Assembly (NCBI RefSeq): GCF_009914755.1
Contig: NC_060927.1
DNA from: the human T2T-CHM13v2.0 reference genome, Homo sapiens
DNA: 64,000 nt
Direction: 5' to 3' (one strand)
A program made the position numbers and the translations under genes. Numbering within the stretch: the stretch's first letter is position 1; each line of letters opens with the position of its first letter. Below are positions 15,460 through 29,539 of the stretch, in pieces. The notes under the pieces are model-generated. The model had not been told where the DNA came from, ran no database searches, and saw only the letters and a list, made by a program, of their open reading frames with translations.

Positions 15460-16015
15460 TTGACATTAATTTTAGTCTTTACCCATGTTTAGGAGTGAGA
15501 TTGGGCTGTGATTTCCCATTCTTCAATCCTTTTGTCTGCTTTTGTAATCAGTTTTAAGTTTGTGATTATCTTTTCCTTAAACATTTGGTAGAATTCACCT
15601 TTAAGCTCTCTAGGATTGTGTTTTCTTTATATTAGTCATTTAAAAATTATTGATTCGATTTATCTTATGGTTTGGGAATCATTCAAGGTTTTTGATCAAT
15701 TTTGATAATTTATATTCTAGGAATTTTTCCATCTTACCCAAGTTTTTAGTGGTAAAGCCATAAAATTGCCTTCTCCCATACCCATAGTTATTTCCCCTTT
15801 ATATAGCTAGTGTTTATTTGTTCTTCTTGCTCTTGCTAAACTTGTGTCTATTTTAGTAACCTATATAGGAAATATCTTTTGGCTTTGCCGATCCTCTATT
15901 ATAGTTTTATTTTTTATTTAACTTCTGTTCTTTATCTCTTTCTACACTTTTGTGGGTTTATCCAATTTTTTTCCAGCTTATAAGGTTAGATACTTAGCTC
16001 ATTTATTTTTAAATC
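15460..16015 (-). mobile_element. Old L1M ORF2 fragment
   Basis: TTCCTTAAACATTTGGTAGAATTCACC and GGAATTTTTCCATCTTACC. Confidence 0.6.
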
Positions 16016-16024
16016 TTTTTTTTT

Positions 16025-16930
16025 TTTAGTCATGTCTAATCTTGCTGTTTAAATAGCAACAAGTTCATATTTTATTTATTACACTTTTCATTGCTGGAAA
16101 TTCTATTTGGTTATTTTTCAAGTTTGTGTGGTTCATTTTGACAGTCCTTTCTGCCTGTTATATACTTTCAGTGTCCTCCTTTATTTCTTTAAACATATTA
16201 TAAGTACCCATTTTATATTCTGTATCTGATGATTTCAATACCTTCAGGTTTTGTTGTTCTGATTCAAATTTTTAAAAATCTACTGACTCTTGCTTTTGTT
16301 CACTTGTTTTAGTTTTGTTTTTGACATGTTTTATTTTGAGCTAATGTCCCTTGGAACTCTAAGTGTAGTAATGCCTTGAAACCAGAATTAAAACATTTCT
16401 CTGGGAAGATTTGCATTTGGTGGTTTTACCAACTGCCTGAAGTATTACCTACCTGGAAACACATTAAAATTTAGATTGAAGTTTGTTAGGCCATAAAGTA
16501 GTAGTGTAGATTTCTTCTTTAAACCCACAGTAGTGCTCATTTGCAGTTAATATTCCTTTTTGCCCTTTAACCCTGAGACCCAAGCTGAGACCCATACCTG
16601 GCTTCAGTGCCTCTATGCCTGGTGGAATTTTCCCCTCCTAATTCTAGGAGAGTACCTACCTTCTAGAATTCCAGCCTTCCAGGGTTTGATACCTCCTGCT
16701 GCCTAGCTTTTGCCTAAGACCTGGCCTCCTGACCCACTTTACCCAAAACCCAGGGATTGGCAGGTGCTCACAGGGCAAGTGGAAATCTGATGCTAAAATG
16801 CAGTCCTCCTTATTGCAATGTTACAGTTGTTTAGGTCTTACTTTCTACTCAACCCGATAGTAAGTAAGTTTTACTTTCATTTTGATGTTAGCCAACATTT
16901 GTTGATACATTTTATCAACAAATATTGGAG
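16025..16930 (-). mobile_element. HAL1 (half-L1) fragment
   Basis: GATTTGCATTTGG...ACCTACCTGGAAACACATTAAAATT resembles the recalled HAL1 reverse complement. Confidence 0.5.
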
Positions 16931-17099
16931 AGAATCTCCAATCTCCAAAAGAACGGAGGGAATCTCTCTCTCTCTCTCTCTCCTGTGATATTCCTACATC
17001 TTAGAATAAATATTGTTTGCTTTTGAAAGCTCCTATTTCTTTTAAAACAACACTCTGAAAGGGTTTTCTTCCCTCTATTAAGAAGTAGCCCTCATTTAT

Positions 17100-17235
17100 T
17101 GATGATTTACTACAGACACAGCACTTTATACACTTACAGCTATTTTGTTCTCACAGTAACCTTGTGAGATGGGCATTGATATCCTCATTTAGCATTGGTG
17201 AGTCTCACATCTAGGAAGTAACTAAAGTGACTTGG
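17100..17235 (-). mobile_element. MIR fragment
   Basis: TTCTCACAGTAACCTTGTGAGATGGGCATTGATATCCTCATTT. Confidence 0.6.
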
Positions 17236-18724
17236 TAACACACTGCCTCCTTCCTTCTTTCTCTCCTATCGAGATTTCACTAGATAATAGTTGATGGATG
17301 TACAAATTTGGGTTATCCTTTTTGCCTCAAACCTTGTCTCCAGCCAGTTCCCAGGAAGATTCACTGTATTACTATGTTGATTAATCCTCATTTCTTTTCC
17401 ACATTTGGCTTCCTGTGAGTTCACAAATGAAAAACCAGTATTTTTTTCCATATGAGTTCTTTATGGACTATGTCATGGCTTTTCTTTAAACCTATTTAGG
17501 GGCAATATCAATGTAAAAATGATATTGAAATCTTGATTTACAGGCAAGCATTTGGTCCTGATTCATCTACATCAGTGGAACAGGGGACATAAAATAGTGT
17601 TTAAAATTGCATAATTCTATCTAATTTGCTGTTAGAACTTTTCTTTCATTTATAGTAGGATTACTCAGACTGTTTTGGGTTGTCAGTTCTCTCATAATTA
17701 GTTTTAATTTTAGCAATGGTGTTTTAGACTGTTATCCTGGTTTAAAACAATCTTGAGAGAAAACACTGTTAAAGGAGATTATACAATGCTAAGACTGAAA
17801 AAAAAATAATACATAAGACCTCACTACTTTCATGATGGCGTAATGCACTTGATTTCATTTAACTTACCTTTTGATGCCATTATGACCTGTGGCAGTTATA
17901 TCACAACATTCATTTCCAACATTGTCTAAAAATGAGGGCATCCTTCTGTGTAAATGTAGTTTGGGCCAACTTATTAGGCTTCTTTTAAGCACATTTTCGA
18001 CAGAAATATACTTAATATTTCAGACAAACAGTGGTGGGTTGACTGGGTAGCTTTAGTTCTCTCAGAAGCTGCCCCAGTGGAGTTGCATGTCCTCTTATAT
18101 TTGTGTGCAGAGAATTGGAAGAGCAAATTATACCCAAGGACATTCTTTCAGTGAGACAGCCAGCTCTGAGGCTTGCTCTCTAAATCTGAATTATGACAGC
18201 AGCATATTAAAAAGGTTGGAATAGTATAATACTTTCCTAATTCCTGGGAAATGTTTTTACGTAACAGGACCTGAAAGTGATTGTTTCAGGTGTCAAATGT
18301 TCTAAAACTTTGGATCAAAAACATGCAGGAGCACAGCAGTGTTTAGAGATGGCTCAAAGGGTATTAATCTGTTTTTTCACCAAAAGATGAACCTAGGGGC
18401 TAAGAAACTAAGAAACTGTTCACAGAAAAAAAAGGTATTTCAAAGAAAGTAAATGTCTGGTTTTCTCAAAATTCTCTCCTAAAGAAGGACCTGGTTTTTA
18501 GAAACCTGTCTTTAGAAATACCATATATTTTCATGCTCAATAAATACCTATTTACTAACTTATTCCCATGTAAAGGATTTGGTAGTGCCTCCTAGAATGG
18601 CCAGCTTCTTCATCCTCCCTTGTCACAACTTCCACCCAGGAGAATCAGTGTCACTGGGTTCCATGAGAGGCCATAATTATAAGGCACAATACCAGTTTAA
18701 TTGTATGTAATAGTTGGAAGGAGT

Positions 18725-18950
18725 GGAAAGTACATAGGCTTTTATATTATATACTTGTGCTTGGATCCCAACTCCCCAAATTTCTAGGTTTGCGTGTTAG
18801 TGCAAATTACTTAAACACCGAGTCTTAGTTTCCTCATCTGTGAAGCTGAGACAAGAGCCAGTATGTTGGGTTATTGTGAAGATAAATAACAAATAAATAA
18901 CAGTACATGAAGGCCCTTTCCTGAGTATGTGGCATGTATGAAGTACTGAA
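18725..18950 (+). mobile_element. MIR
   Basis: GCAAATTACTTAAACACCGAGTCTTAGTTTCCTCATCTGTGAAG...GGGTTATTGTGAAGATAAATA. Confidence 0.7.
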
Positions 18951-19914
18951 GGTTAATGAAACTTAAGTGATTTTCTTAAGATTTTTGCTAATTGCTTATG
19001 TGACTCTTATCTTCCTTAGAAGATGTCACAGTTCCTAAAACCATTCTCTGACTTTCTAATCCCTAACTAAAGATTTTAGAAATTTTTTTCAGTTGATGCA
19101 TGTTGTTTTCTTGAAACTTGATAATCTTTCTTGTTTAATTTTAGAATAAACACTCTTTTGAAATTAAGCAGAATCAAGCAGACTATAGGGAAAAGAAAAA
19201 GACCCCAGTCTTAAAATGTAATTTTAAAAATTCAGATTTCTTCCTATTTAGAAAATGATGTTTGGTTTCTAGGATAGTCCACAAGTGAATGAATGGCTGC
19301 TTGATCTACTACATTTCCCAAAACCAAAAAAGTGAAGAAGATAAAGTCTTCACATTAGAGCAGTATTCTGAGAGTGGACATAGCAGGGCTTGTGTCCTTC
19401 CTGGCTTCCAAGAGAACCATAGAAGACTATTGTGAATTGTCTCATTCCACTTTCCACACCTAGTTATACAGCCTGCCAATTGAGAACTCATAGGAACAGG
19501 AAAGGTTCATTTCTTAGATGGCTGGAAACCTCAGAAAATTCAGTACATTGAATATAAAATGCATGTGGATGACTCTCAACTGAAGAATGTATTTCCTTAG
19601 GAAATACAATAAATATAATTATGTATACAAATACATAGATAGGTTCTTCCTAGGATATTTTGGGAGGAATGAAAAAAATGTGTTAACGTTCGTCTGACTA
19701 TTGTCATATTCTTTAATTCTCAGCTAAAATTTCACCTCCTCACATTAATTTTTGCAGAGTGGGCAAAGAGAGTGAATTTGGATGTGAGAGGCAACAAATT
19801 GGTAACTAGCACAGTTCATTCTTTTCGCTGTTAAGCTTTCACGTGCACTCTTCTACATATATTTGAATTCTCACACAACAAAACAACTGTATATCTACCT
19901 ATTTTTTAATTTTT

Positions 19915-20330
19915 AAAAGTCATTTTTTCTGGTAAAATATGACATAAAATTTACCATTTCAACTATCATTAAGTGTATAGTTCAGTGGTATTAAGTACGT
20001 TCACATTGTTATGCAATCCCCACCATTGTTATGCAACCCCCACCACCATCCATCTCTAGAATTTTTTTTCATTTGCCAAATTCAAAGTCTATTCCTATTA
20101 AACATTAACCCCACGTTTCTCCCTCCCATATATCCTGGAAACCACCACTGTACTTTCCGCTTCTATGAATTTGACTGCTCTAAGTACCTTATATGAGTAG
20201 AACCATATGGTCCTGTTGCGACTGGCTTATTTCACTTAGCATAATGTCTTCAGGGTTCATCCATATGGGTTCAGGATGTGTCAGGATTTCCTTCCTTTTT
20301 AAGGCTGAATAATACTCTATCTTATGTACA
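19915..20330 (-). mobile_element. L1MB 3' end containing a 20-bp tandem duplication
   Basis: CATAAAATTTACCAT...CAGTGGTATTAAGTAC. CATTGTTATGCAA(T/C)CCCCAC occurs twice at 20004-20043. Confidence 0.8.
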
Positions 20331-20369
20331 GTGTCAGTGGAATCTGAGTTTCATATAGATAACAATACA

Positions 20370-20590
20370 GAAAGAACCAGGATTTGGGAGTTAAATATGT
20401 ATGCTTGGGTTTAAATCCTATCTAGGTCACTCACATGCTCTATGACCTGATGGAGATTTGTAATTTATCTGAATCTCAGCTTCCTCATCTATGAAATAAT
20501 GAAAATAAAGCCTTTCTGATGGGACTGTTGTGTGAATTATATTATTTATATAAAGTACCCAATATAGTGACTGGCCCGAGGAGAACAATT
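20370..20590 (+). mobile_element. MIR
   Basis: TCTGAATCTCAGCTTCCTCATCTATGAAAT...GACTGTTGTGTGAATTA. Confidence 0.7.
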
Positions 20591-20603
20591 AAGGGTAAAA
20601 GTT

Positions 20604-21853
20604 CGTATGCTTGTTAGCTGCATGTATATTTTCTTTGGAAAAATGCCTGTTCATGTCCTTTATTCACTTTTTAATGAGGTGGTTTTTTTTCTTGTAAATT
20701 TAAGTTCCTTGTAGATGATGGATATTAGAATTTTGTCAGATGCATAGTTTGCAGATATTTTCTCCCAATCTATAGGTTGTCTGTTTACTTTGTTGATAGT
20801 TTCTTTTTCTGTGCAGAAGCTGTTAAGTTTAATTAGATCCTATTTGTCAATTTTTACTTTTGTTGCTATTGCTTTTGGCATCTTTGTCATGAAATTTTTG
20901 CCCATTCTTATGTCCAGGGTAGTATTGCCTAGGTTGTCTTCCAGGGTTTTTGCAGTTTTGGTTTTACATGTAAGTCTTTAATCCATCTTGAGTTGATTTT
21001 TTTATATGGTGTAAGGAAGGGGTCCAGTTTCAATCTTCCATGTATGGCTAGCCAGTTATTTCAGCACCACTTATTGAATAGGGAGCCCTCAGTGTCACTG
21101 ATCATTAGATAAATGCAGATCAAAACCACAATGAGATATCATCTCACACCAGTCAGATTGGCTATTTTTAAAAAGTCAAAAAAAAGTAACAGATGCTGGC
21201 AAGGTTGTGGAGAAGACAGAACACTTACACACTGTTGGTGGGAGTGTAAATTAGTTCAACCATTGTGGAGAGCAGTGTGGCAATTCCTCGAAGAGCTAAA
21301 AACAGAACTACTATTTAGCCCAGCAGTCTCATTGCTGGTTATGTACTCAGAGGAATACAAATTTTTCTGCCATAAAGACACATGCACACAAATGTTCATT
21401 GCAGTGCCATTCACAATAGTCAAGACATGGAATCAACCTAAATGCTCATCAATGACAGACTGGATCAAGAAAATGTGGTACATATACACCATGAATACTA
21501 TACAGCCATAAAAAAGAATGAGGTCTTGTCTTTTGCTGGAACATGGATGGAGCTGTAAGTTATTATCCTTATCAAACTGATGCGGGGACAGAAAACCAAA
21601 TACTGGATGTTCTCACTTATAAGTGGAAGCTAAATGATAACACATGGACACAAAGAAGGGCACAACAGACACTAGGGCCTACTTGAGGGTGAAGAGTGGG
21701 AGGAAGGAGAGGAGCGTAGAAAGAATAACTATTGGGCACTAGGCTTAGAACCCGGGTGATGAAATAATCTGTACAACAAACTCCTGTGACATGAGTTTAC
21801 CTATATAACAAACCTGCACGTGTACCCCTGAATGGAAAACAAAAGCTAAAAAA
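20604..21853 (+). mobile_element. 5'-truncated, 5'-inverted L1PA15/16-like element
   Basis: 20604-21088 is minus-strand ORF2. 21089-21853 is plus-strand ORF2 C-terminus (ORF 21113..21511, CWQGCG...HCWWEC) and 3' UTR. Degenerate TSD AAGGGTAAAAGTT / AAGGGATAACAGTT. Confidence 0.85.
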
Positions 21854-22569
21854 AGGGATAACAGTTGATTGCTTACCACTAACTCTCCTGAAGATGCTTA
21901 TGTATGCCTGGCCCTCTTTATGTCCTTTGAGGATGATGGTACTTTTGTTGAAATTATCATTTCAAATCAGTATTTGGAATTTTCCCTTTACCCACAGCAG
22001 AGCCCACCTTGACTGTGATGCTGAATTTTTACTGAGGTCAACTGCTTCTTATTTTCTGTGTGCCACATTTTTTTTTTTTTTAAAATGCTGGTCAGCCACC
22101 AGCCACTGTTTGATTTGCATTTAGTTCAGAATTTGAGAAGTCAGCTGTTTTCTTAGCATTCTGCCATATATCAAGTCTATCTGAACTTCATATTTCATTT
22201 TATAGAAGATATTTTAGAGAAAGTTGTGGAAAAAGGAAAAAGTCTGTGGTTGGAGAGCAACTCCAATAAGAAATACGAAACTTTAGTACCAGTGGACCAG
22301 TTGTTAGAAGCACAGGTATTTTAAGAACCGCAGATTGTCAAATCAAGATTCCTCATGTCTTCACCACAACTCCTTGTGTAATTGGATGCTTTATTTTTAC
22401 CTTGTGAGTAACACTATTGGGCTTAATTCATTTTGGCTGTTTATAAGATTGAATTAAAACAAGCAGCCTAGTATTTAAATTTTGTGAACTACAGGTTGGA
22501 TTTTGGTGGTGATTATACCACTACATACTTTTGTCAATTTCAGTGCTTTGGCATCCATTATTCCATTTT

Positions 22570-22765
22570 ATGTTCACTACATCCCAGAAGGTGGGCAGGG
22601 ATGATTGCTTTTTCCTCATTCTCTTTGTTTTATAGATAAGGAAATGGAAGATTAGAGAAGAGGAGTGTCATGGCCAAGCTGAAGCACATAGATTTTGTCT
22701 AGCTGAGTAGGCAAAATGAAACTAGAATCTAAGTGCCTTGCTTCGACTCCAAGGTTTCCATTTTA
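22570..22765 (-). mobile_element. MIR fragment
   Basis: TTTTATAGATAAGGAAATGGAAG...GAAACTAGAATCTAAGTGCCTTG. Confidence 0.55.
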
Positions 22766-22858
22766 AGAAAGTTAGGTCCCATTAAAATGAACAAATTCAC
22801 AGTACTTGTTAACCATTAAGTGTAAAGATTTAAAAATGGAAAAGTGGATGAGTATTGT

Positions 22859-23068
22859 ATTTTATTTTATTTTATTTTATTTTTGAGACAGAGTCTTGCT
22901 TTGTCGCCCAGGCTGGAGTGCAGTGACGCCATTTCGGCTCACTGCAACCTCCACCTCCTGGGTTCAAGCGATTCTCATGCCTCCGCCTTCGCTCCTGGCC
23001 TCAAATGATCTGCCTGCCTTGCCCTCCCAAAGTGCTGGGATTACAGGCGTGAGCCACCGTGCCCAGCC
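22859..23068 (-). mobile_element. AluS with an internal deletion of about 100 bp
   Basis: The right arm joins directly to the left-arm 5' part at ~22990. (TTTTA)n tail. Confidence 0.85.
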
Positions 23069-24649
23069 CCAGAGTATTTTATATTAATCAGTTTTTCACT
23101 GAAGCATCTGGTCAATGCTAAGTCATGGACAAATTGTAATATTGTACCAGCCCTTTCCTATTATATTTGTATATTTATTTGAGATGTTTAATATTGTAAG
23201 AAAATTTTGATTCATAATATTGCAAATAAATAGCTGTTGTCTAAATACAGAAACAATAGTTTTCTGCCAACAAAGAGGAAAACATTTAGAGCCAGGTACT
23301 GATATTGAAGTTCATTTGGTTTCAAATTGATATTTAAGATAAAATAACTTTCTTTTAAAAATGGAAATTTAATGAGCATTAGATTTCATTTCTAATTACT
23401 ACCTTAGCTTCTGTAATCTAGCACTACCTAGTTGCTATTCCAGATCTTGAAATTTTTAGGACTACCTTACTCTGAAAGTTATTCTGCTAATCTATCAAAA
23501 CCAAATGCCAGGAGACTTCCACTGGATGTTACTACCGCTAGACACAGTGCCAGCTTCTTTTTGTCTCATCATTCTGTGCACTTACATAACAAAACTTTGT
23601 TAAAGTAGAACCAAACGTTTCATGGAGGAATTGTTATTTAGGCGAATAAGATTTCTGTTTACTAAATCTATGACACTCAGGTAAATATTGTAAGGAATGC
23701 TTACACTGTTGAACACCAGCCAGAACACATTAGACAAGTTTTTAATCCAGAAACCTTCTGGTACATGACAGATTGTTTGTATTATTCTCTAGCAAGTGTT
23801 AGAATAATTCTAGTTCTCTTCATTTGTTCAGACTTCACTAGGTTAATTGAGAAGGAAAGATTGTTAAATTATTTAAATTAACTAAAGCCAAAATTTCCAC
23901 TCCACAATTTCCCTAGTTTATTCTATTTTTTTCTGTTTGAAAACTTATTTTTTAATTTAGTGTTTTTTGTTTTTCTTGGCTTCTTAAGTTGGTTTCTTTC
24001 TGTAGATTGCTCTTCTTTTTCTCTCCTATCCTGCAGACAACAAGTATTTTGTCACCCATAGCAATTCTTCCTTTGATATGTCTTCTAATTTCTCCTGTCT
24101 TTGTCCAGTCCCACTGCTATTGTCTGGATATTCACCTCCTCGGATAAGATTTAGTTTGTTTCTTCCTCCAAACTATTTCATGTCATTCTTCTTTTATTAT
24201 GTTATTCCTCTGCTCAGAAGTCGTCCTTGACTGGGGTTGTCTTCTGCAGAAAGAATAGCTGCACCTTCAGTTCTCATTCTGTATTCATTGTCCCTGCTTG
24301 CTCAGTCTTGCAGTTTCGCAAAAATTATGATTTCCAAAGTATGATGAGCCAAATCATTCCACCAAGCCAGCATTCTCCTATTTCCAGCTACCTATTGGCT
24401 TGTTAGTTATATCTGCTTGTGTGTACCACAGGTGGCTCAAGGCCAACATGTCTTTTCGGCCTCTGTGCCCTCTCATCTTTTTTATGTCACCAGGCTCTTG
24501 CAAGGATCAACTACGATAATACATATGTAAGCCCTAGATAATCATTGCTCCAGATGCACTTCTAAAAGGGTATGCAGTTAATGGTGGGCAGTGCTGAGCA
24601 TAACAGAAGCTGAAATTTATATTCTCTTCAAAGGACACTGATAATTTAT

Positions 24650-24790
24650 TTTTTTGTTTAACAAATATTGAATGCTTTCTATGTTCAGTACATTACAAGG
24701 TTGCTCCACGTTGCTGCTGGGCTACAACAGTAAATAAAAAGAAAATCTTTGCCCTTTTGGAGCTCACTTTCTATTGTGGGAAAACAAATA
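24650..24790 (-). mobile_element. L2 3' end
   Basis: TTTAACAAATATTGAATGCTTTCTATGTTCAG...TGCCCTTTTGGAGCTCACTTTCTA. Confidence 0.65.
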
Positions 24791-25533
24791 CAAGAAATAT
24801 ATTTTAAAGAAAACTTCAGTGAGCCCCCCCAAATGAAATGGATTTAATATATTGTGAGATACGTGTTTCACATTTCTGGTTATATTAGGCATTGGGAAGC
24901 ATTTTTTGCCAAATAATTTTGCAATTTACCTACCCATAAAATTCATTCATTTTAAGTATAGATTTACATGATCTTCAGTCAATTTACAAAGTAGGGCTAC
25001 TATCACCACATCCAGCTTTAGAATATTTCCATCACCCCAAAAAGATCTGTCATTCCCATTTGCCGTCATTCCTCACTTTTGCCACATTTCAAACCATTAA
25101 TCTGCTGTTTCCGTAGATTTACATTTTCTGTGCATTTCATCTAAATACAGTAATATACTGTGCAGACTTTTGCATCTAGCATCTTTTTAAATAATAGACT
25201 GTTGCATTTATTGATGAATGGGTTGATTTTATTGTATATAAAGTGTCCAGCATGATGTTTTGACAAACATTTAAGGTGAAGAGATTACTACTGTCAAGCA
25301 AATGAACATACTTTATCATCTTACATAGGTACCTTTCTTTTTTTTTAATAATGAGAATATCTAAAATCTACTCTTAGCAAATTCCCAGTATAAAATACAG
25401 TATCATTAGTGATAGTCTTCATGTTATACATTAGATCTCTACACTTATTCTCCCTGTATAACTACAGCTTTCTACCTTTGACCTGCATCTTCCCATTTTC
25501 AATCCCTAGTAATCACATTTTACTCTTTTTATG

Positions 25534-25535
<2 letters not shown>

Positions 25536-25564
<29 letters not shown>
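25536..25564. repeat. (TG)n microsatellite
   Basis: Direct reading. Confidence 0.95.
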
Positions 25565-25572
<8 letters not shown>

Positions 25573-25573
25573 A

Positions 25574-25881
<308 letters not shown>

Positions 25882-27379
25882 CTCTATGTGTATATTTTTA
25901 AGATTCCACATGTAAGTGATTTCATACAGTATGTTTCTTTCTGTGTCTGGCTTATTTTAGTTAGCATAATGTCCTCTAGGTTCATCCATGTTGACTTCTT
26001 TTACTTAGCATAATGTTTTTGAGGTTTATTCGTGTCATTGCATGAAATCAGTAGTTCATGCTCATTTATTGCTGAATTGTATTCCATTCTGTGAATAACA
26101 TTTTATCATTCATTGGATTGTTTCCACTTTTTGGTTATTATGAATAATACTGCAATGAACATTTGTGTACAAATCTGTGTGTAAACATATGTTTTCCTTT
26201 TATGGGGGTAGATATCTAGGAGTAGTATTTCTGGGTCATATAGTAAATCTATTTTTAACTTTTAAAGAAACTGCCAAAATGTTTCCCAAAATGGTTGTAC
26301 CATTTTATATTTTCACCAGTAATGTGTGAGGGATCTATTTTTTCCACATCTCTGGCAACTCTTATCATTGTCTCCCTTTTTAAATCATAACCATTCTCTG
26401 TGTGAGAAATGGTATCTCGTAGTTTTTATTTGCATTTTTCTAATGGCTGATGATTTTCAGCATCTTGTCAGTAGTTTATTGGCCATTTATGTGTCTTTCT
26501 TGGTGAAATGTCTACTTGAATCTTTCACCCATTTTTTTTCCATTAGGTTGTTTGTCTTAGTTATAAAAGTTCTTTATATATTTTGGAGATAATCCCTTTA
26601 TCAGAAGTATGATTTGAAAATATTTTCTACCAGTGTGTGGCTGTTCTTTTCACTTTCTTAATACATATTTTAAAGTGGAAACATTTTTAATTTTGATGAA
26701 GTCCTAGTTTATCCATTTTTTAAATGTATTGTGCTTTTGGTGTCATACTTAATAACTCTGTCTAACCCAAGGTCACTCTATATTTTCTTCTAAGACTTTT
26801 ATAATAATAGCTTTTATATTTAGACCTATAATCCATTTTGAGTTCATTTTTTGTGGTGGTGTGAGATAAAAATCTAAATTAAGTTTTTTCCTAGTAAATG
26901 TGCAATTGTTCCACCATCATTTGTTGAAAAGACTATTCTTTCCCCGCATTGAGTTGTCTTGGCACAGTTGTCAAAAATTAATTGACCAAAAATATAAGGG
27001 AAAATTTATGGACTCTAAATTCTGTTCAGTTGATCTATATTTCTGTCTTTATACAAATACCACATTTTCTTGATTACTGTAGTTTTGTAGGTAAATATAG
27101 TAAGTGTAGTTTTATAGTAATTGTAAAACCAGTTAACAAGTGCGAGTCCTTCAGCTTTGTTCTTCTTTTTCCATATTGCTTTGGCTATTTTGGGTCCTTT
27201 ACATTTTCATGTAAGTTTTAGGATCAGCTTGTCAAAAAATTTGGGAAACATAAGTTTTTTTACAATTATAGTTGGCAGATTTTTTCTGTCAGAGTGATGT
27301 TACACTGAGTAATATCTTAGATTGAGAGAAAAATGGTAAAATATCAAATGAGGATACATGCAAAAGAAAGAATGCAGTG

Positions 27380-27660
27380 AGAGGAATAGGAAGTTCTAGG
27401 GCTGGTGGTGCATTGCTAGTTTATAAACAGAATGGTTAGGGAAGTCCTTCATGATATGGTGACTTTTGAGTAGAGTCCTGAAGAAGATGAGGAGTTGAAA
27501 CTTGGTGATATCTGAAGAAAGTGGTTTAGGCAGAGGAAGAACAAATTCAAAGGCTCTGAGTGAGGAACATATTGGACTTATTCCAGGAACAAAGATTAGA
27601 TCATTATATGTGTAGCTTTAGGGAAGTGACAAGGGAGAAGGTGGTAAATGAGATAAGAGG
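27380..27660 (-). mobile_element. L2 fragment
   Basis: GGTTAGGGAAGTCCTTC...GGTGACTTTTGAGTAGAGTCCTGAAG...AGGCAGAGGAAGAACAAATTCAAAGGCTCTGAG. Confidence 0.65.
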
Positions 27661-28001
27661 ACTTTAATTAGACTTTTGAACCTTATTTCTCTAAAGGTTA
27701 AATGAAACAAAAGTTAACGAGTACTTATATAGGGACAATATGGTTCTTCCAAAGACAATGCAAGCATTACATGATATAATTTATCCCCTTACCTATCTTG
27801 GTTTACTCCTTGGTCTTACTAAATCTCTGATCTGTTTAGTATGGTATGTATGAAATGGCTTCATAATTTTAATAGAAAGGAATTATTAATTTTTAAATAT
27901 TATCTGAGCCTTCTTATGGGGAAAAATTCATGCATAATCTTGTTTAGTTCGTAGTACACAACTACTAGAAGTTACGAAACCATCCATGTAACATGAACCA
28001 C

Positions 28002-28238
28002 TTCTTTTTTTAATATATATGCTTTAAATTCTGGGATACATGTGCAGAACGTGCAGGTTTGTTACATAGGTATACATGTGCCATGGTGGTTTGCTGCACC
28101 CATCAACCCATCATCTACATTAGGTATTTCTCCTAATGCTATCCCTCCCCTAGCCCCCAGACCCCACAACAGGCCCTGGTGTGTGATGTACCCCTCCCTG
28201 TGTCCATGTGTTCTCATTGTTCAACTCCCACTTATGAG
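28002..28238 (-). mobile_element. Heavily 5'-truncated L1PA7/8 3' UTR with TSD
   Basis: TTCTGGGATACATGTGCAGAACGTGCAGG...CCCTCCCCTAGCCCCC. Direct repeat ATGAACCAC at 27993-28001 and 28239-28247. Confidence 0.88.
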
Positions 28239-28905
28239 ATGAACCACCTTTTTGCAACAAAAGATGTAAAGGTATATTTTAGGAAAGTCATGATAGCTTA
28301 CAATGCATATTGAAGTGAAAGTTCCTCTTCTGATACCTATCTAAAGGGCTGTTATTTAGTTCCCTGATTTTGGTATTATAGTAATGCTTTTGACATTTTA
28401 CATCTAGGCAGATCTTGTGAGGTACTGTATCATTACTTTGTGTGGACTTCTGTTTCTCACTTCCCAGTTTTCATGAGGACTAGATACCTGCCATGGAACA
28501 CAGTTATATTCCTAGGTAGATGTAGAGAGCTAGTTAACTCTAAGAGCAACAATGGTTTACACCACTTTTCTTTCTTAGAGCTCAAATAAATCCGTGTATA
28601 CTTTCAGTATTTGAATATTTTTATAAAAATTCAGAATACTGTTACTAGGTAAGGAGATAATTAGATCCAGTGAGACCTGTAGCTTAGAGAACATTACTAA
28701 TGGCTAGGACTCTTTTTTATTTTTTCTTCTTGTTCTTTCTTATACATGCTTTCATCTCTTCTAGGTTCTACCTAATTCTTTTCAGTTATGGGTCTCTGCA
28801 ACCATATGCAGCGTATGTAAATATTCCTCCCTTTATGCAATGCTTTAGAAATTAACCTCGATTTTAAATGCAATAATTAAACTTACTTTGAAAAGAAATT
28901 ATTTG

Positions 28906-29200
<295 letters not shown>

Positions 29201-29539
29201 TAAATTGTTTGCTGAATCTTCTTGCAAAACATTATAATGTATATCCAGACCATCTTACCTGTAAGTCTTGTTTCTTTTGTCAGTGCCTGAAAAGTTTTGC
29301 ATAAAATTTGTACTTCTGTTTCTGTCCTGTCATTCTGATTACTTCTAGTAAATATGACAGGGTGGTAGTGTTCTTTATTTCTCTTCTTGTGGTAGCCATT
29401 ATATTTATATTGTTTCATGAACTTAGATGTGAAACAAAATATTCAAATTGAATCCAGATATGTAAACAGAATAACACATCATGACCAAATATTGTTTATC
29501 TGAGAATATAAACTTGATTTAATATTTAAAAATCAATAT

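Noticed and set aside
17330-17560. Faint similarity to L3/CR1 reverse-transcriptase sequence
   Set aside because: Too degenerate to support by eye. A Dfam nhmmer search would decide it.
17861-17955. Possible minus-strand exon (AG|GTAAGTT donor at ~17868)
   Set aside because: The acceptor pyrimidine tract is weak, I recognise no protein match, and such sites are expected by chance in 64 kb.
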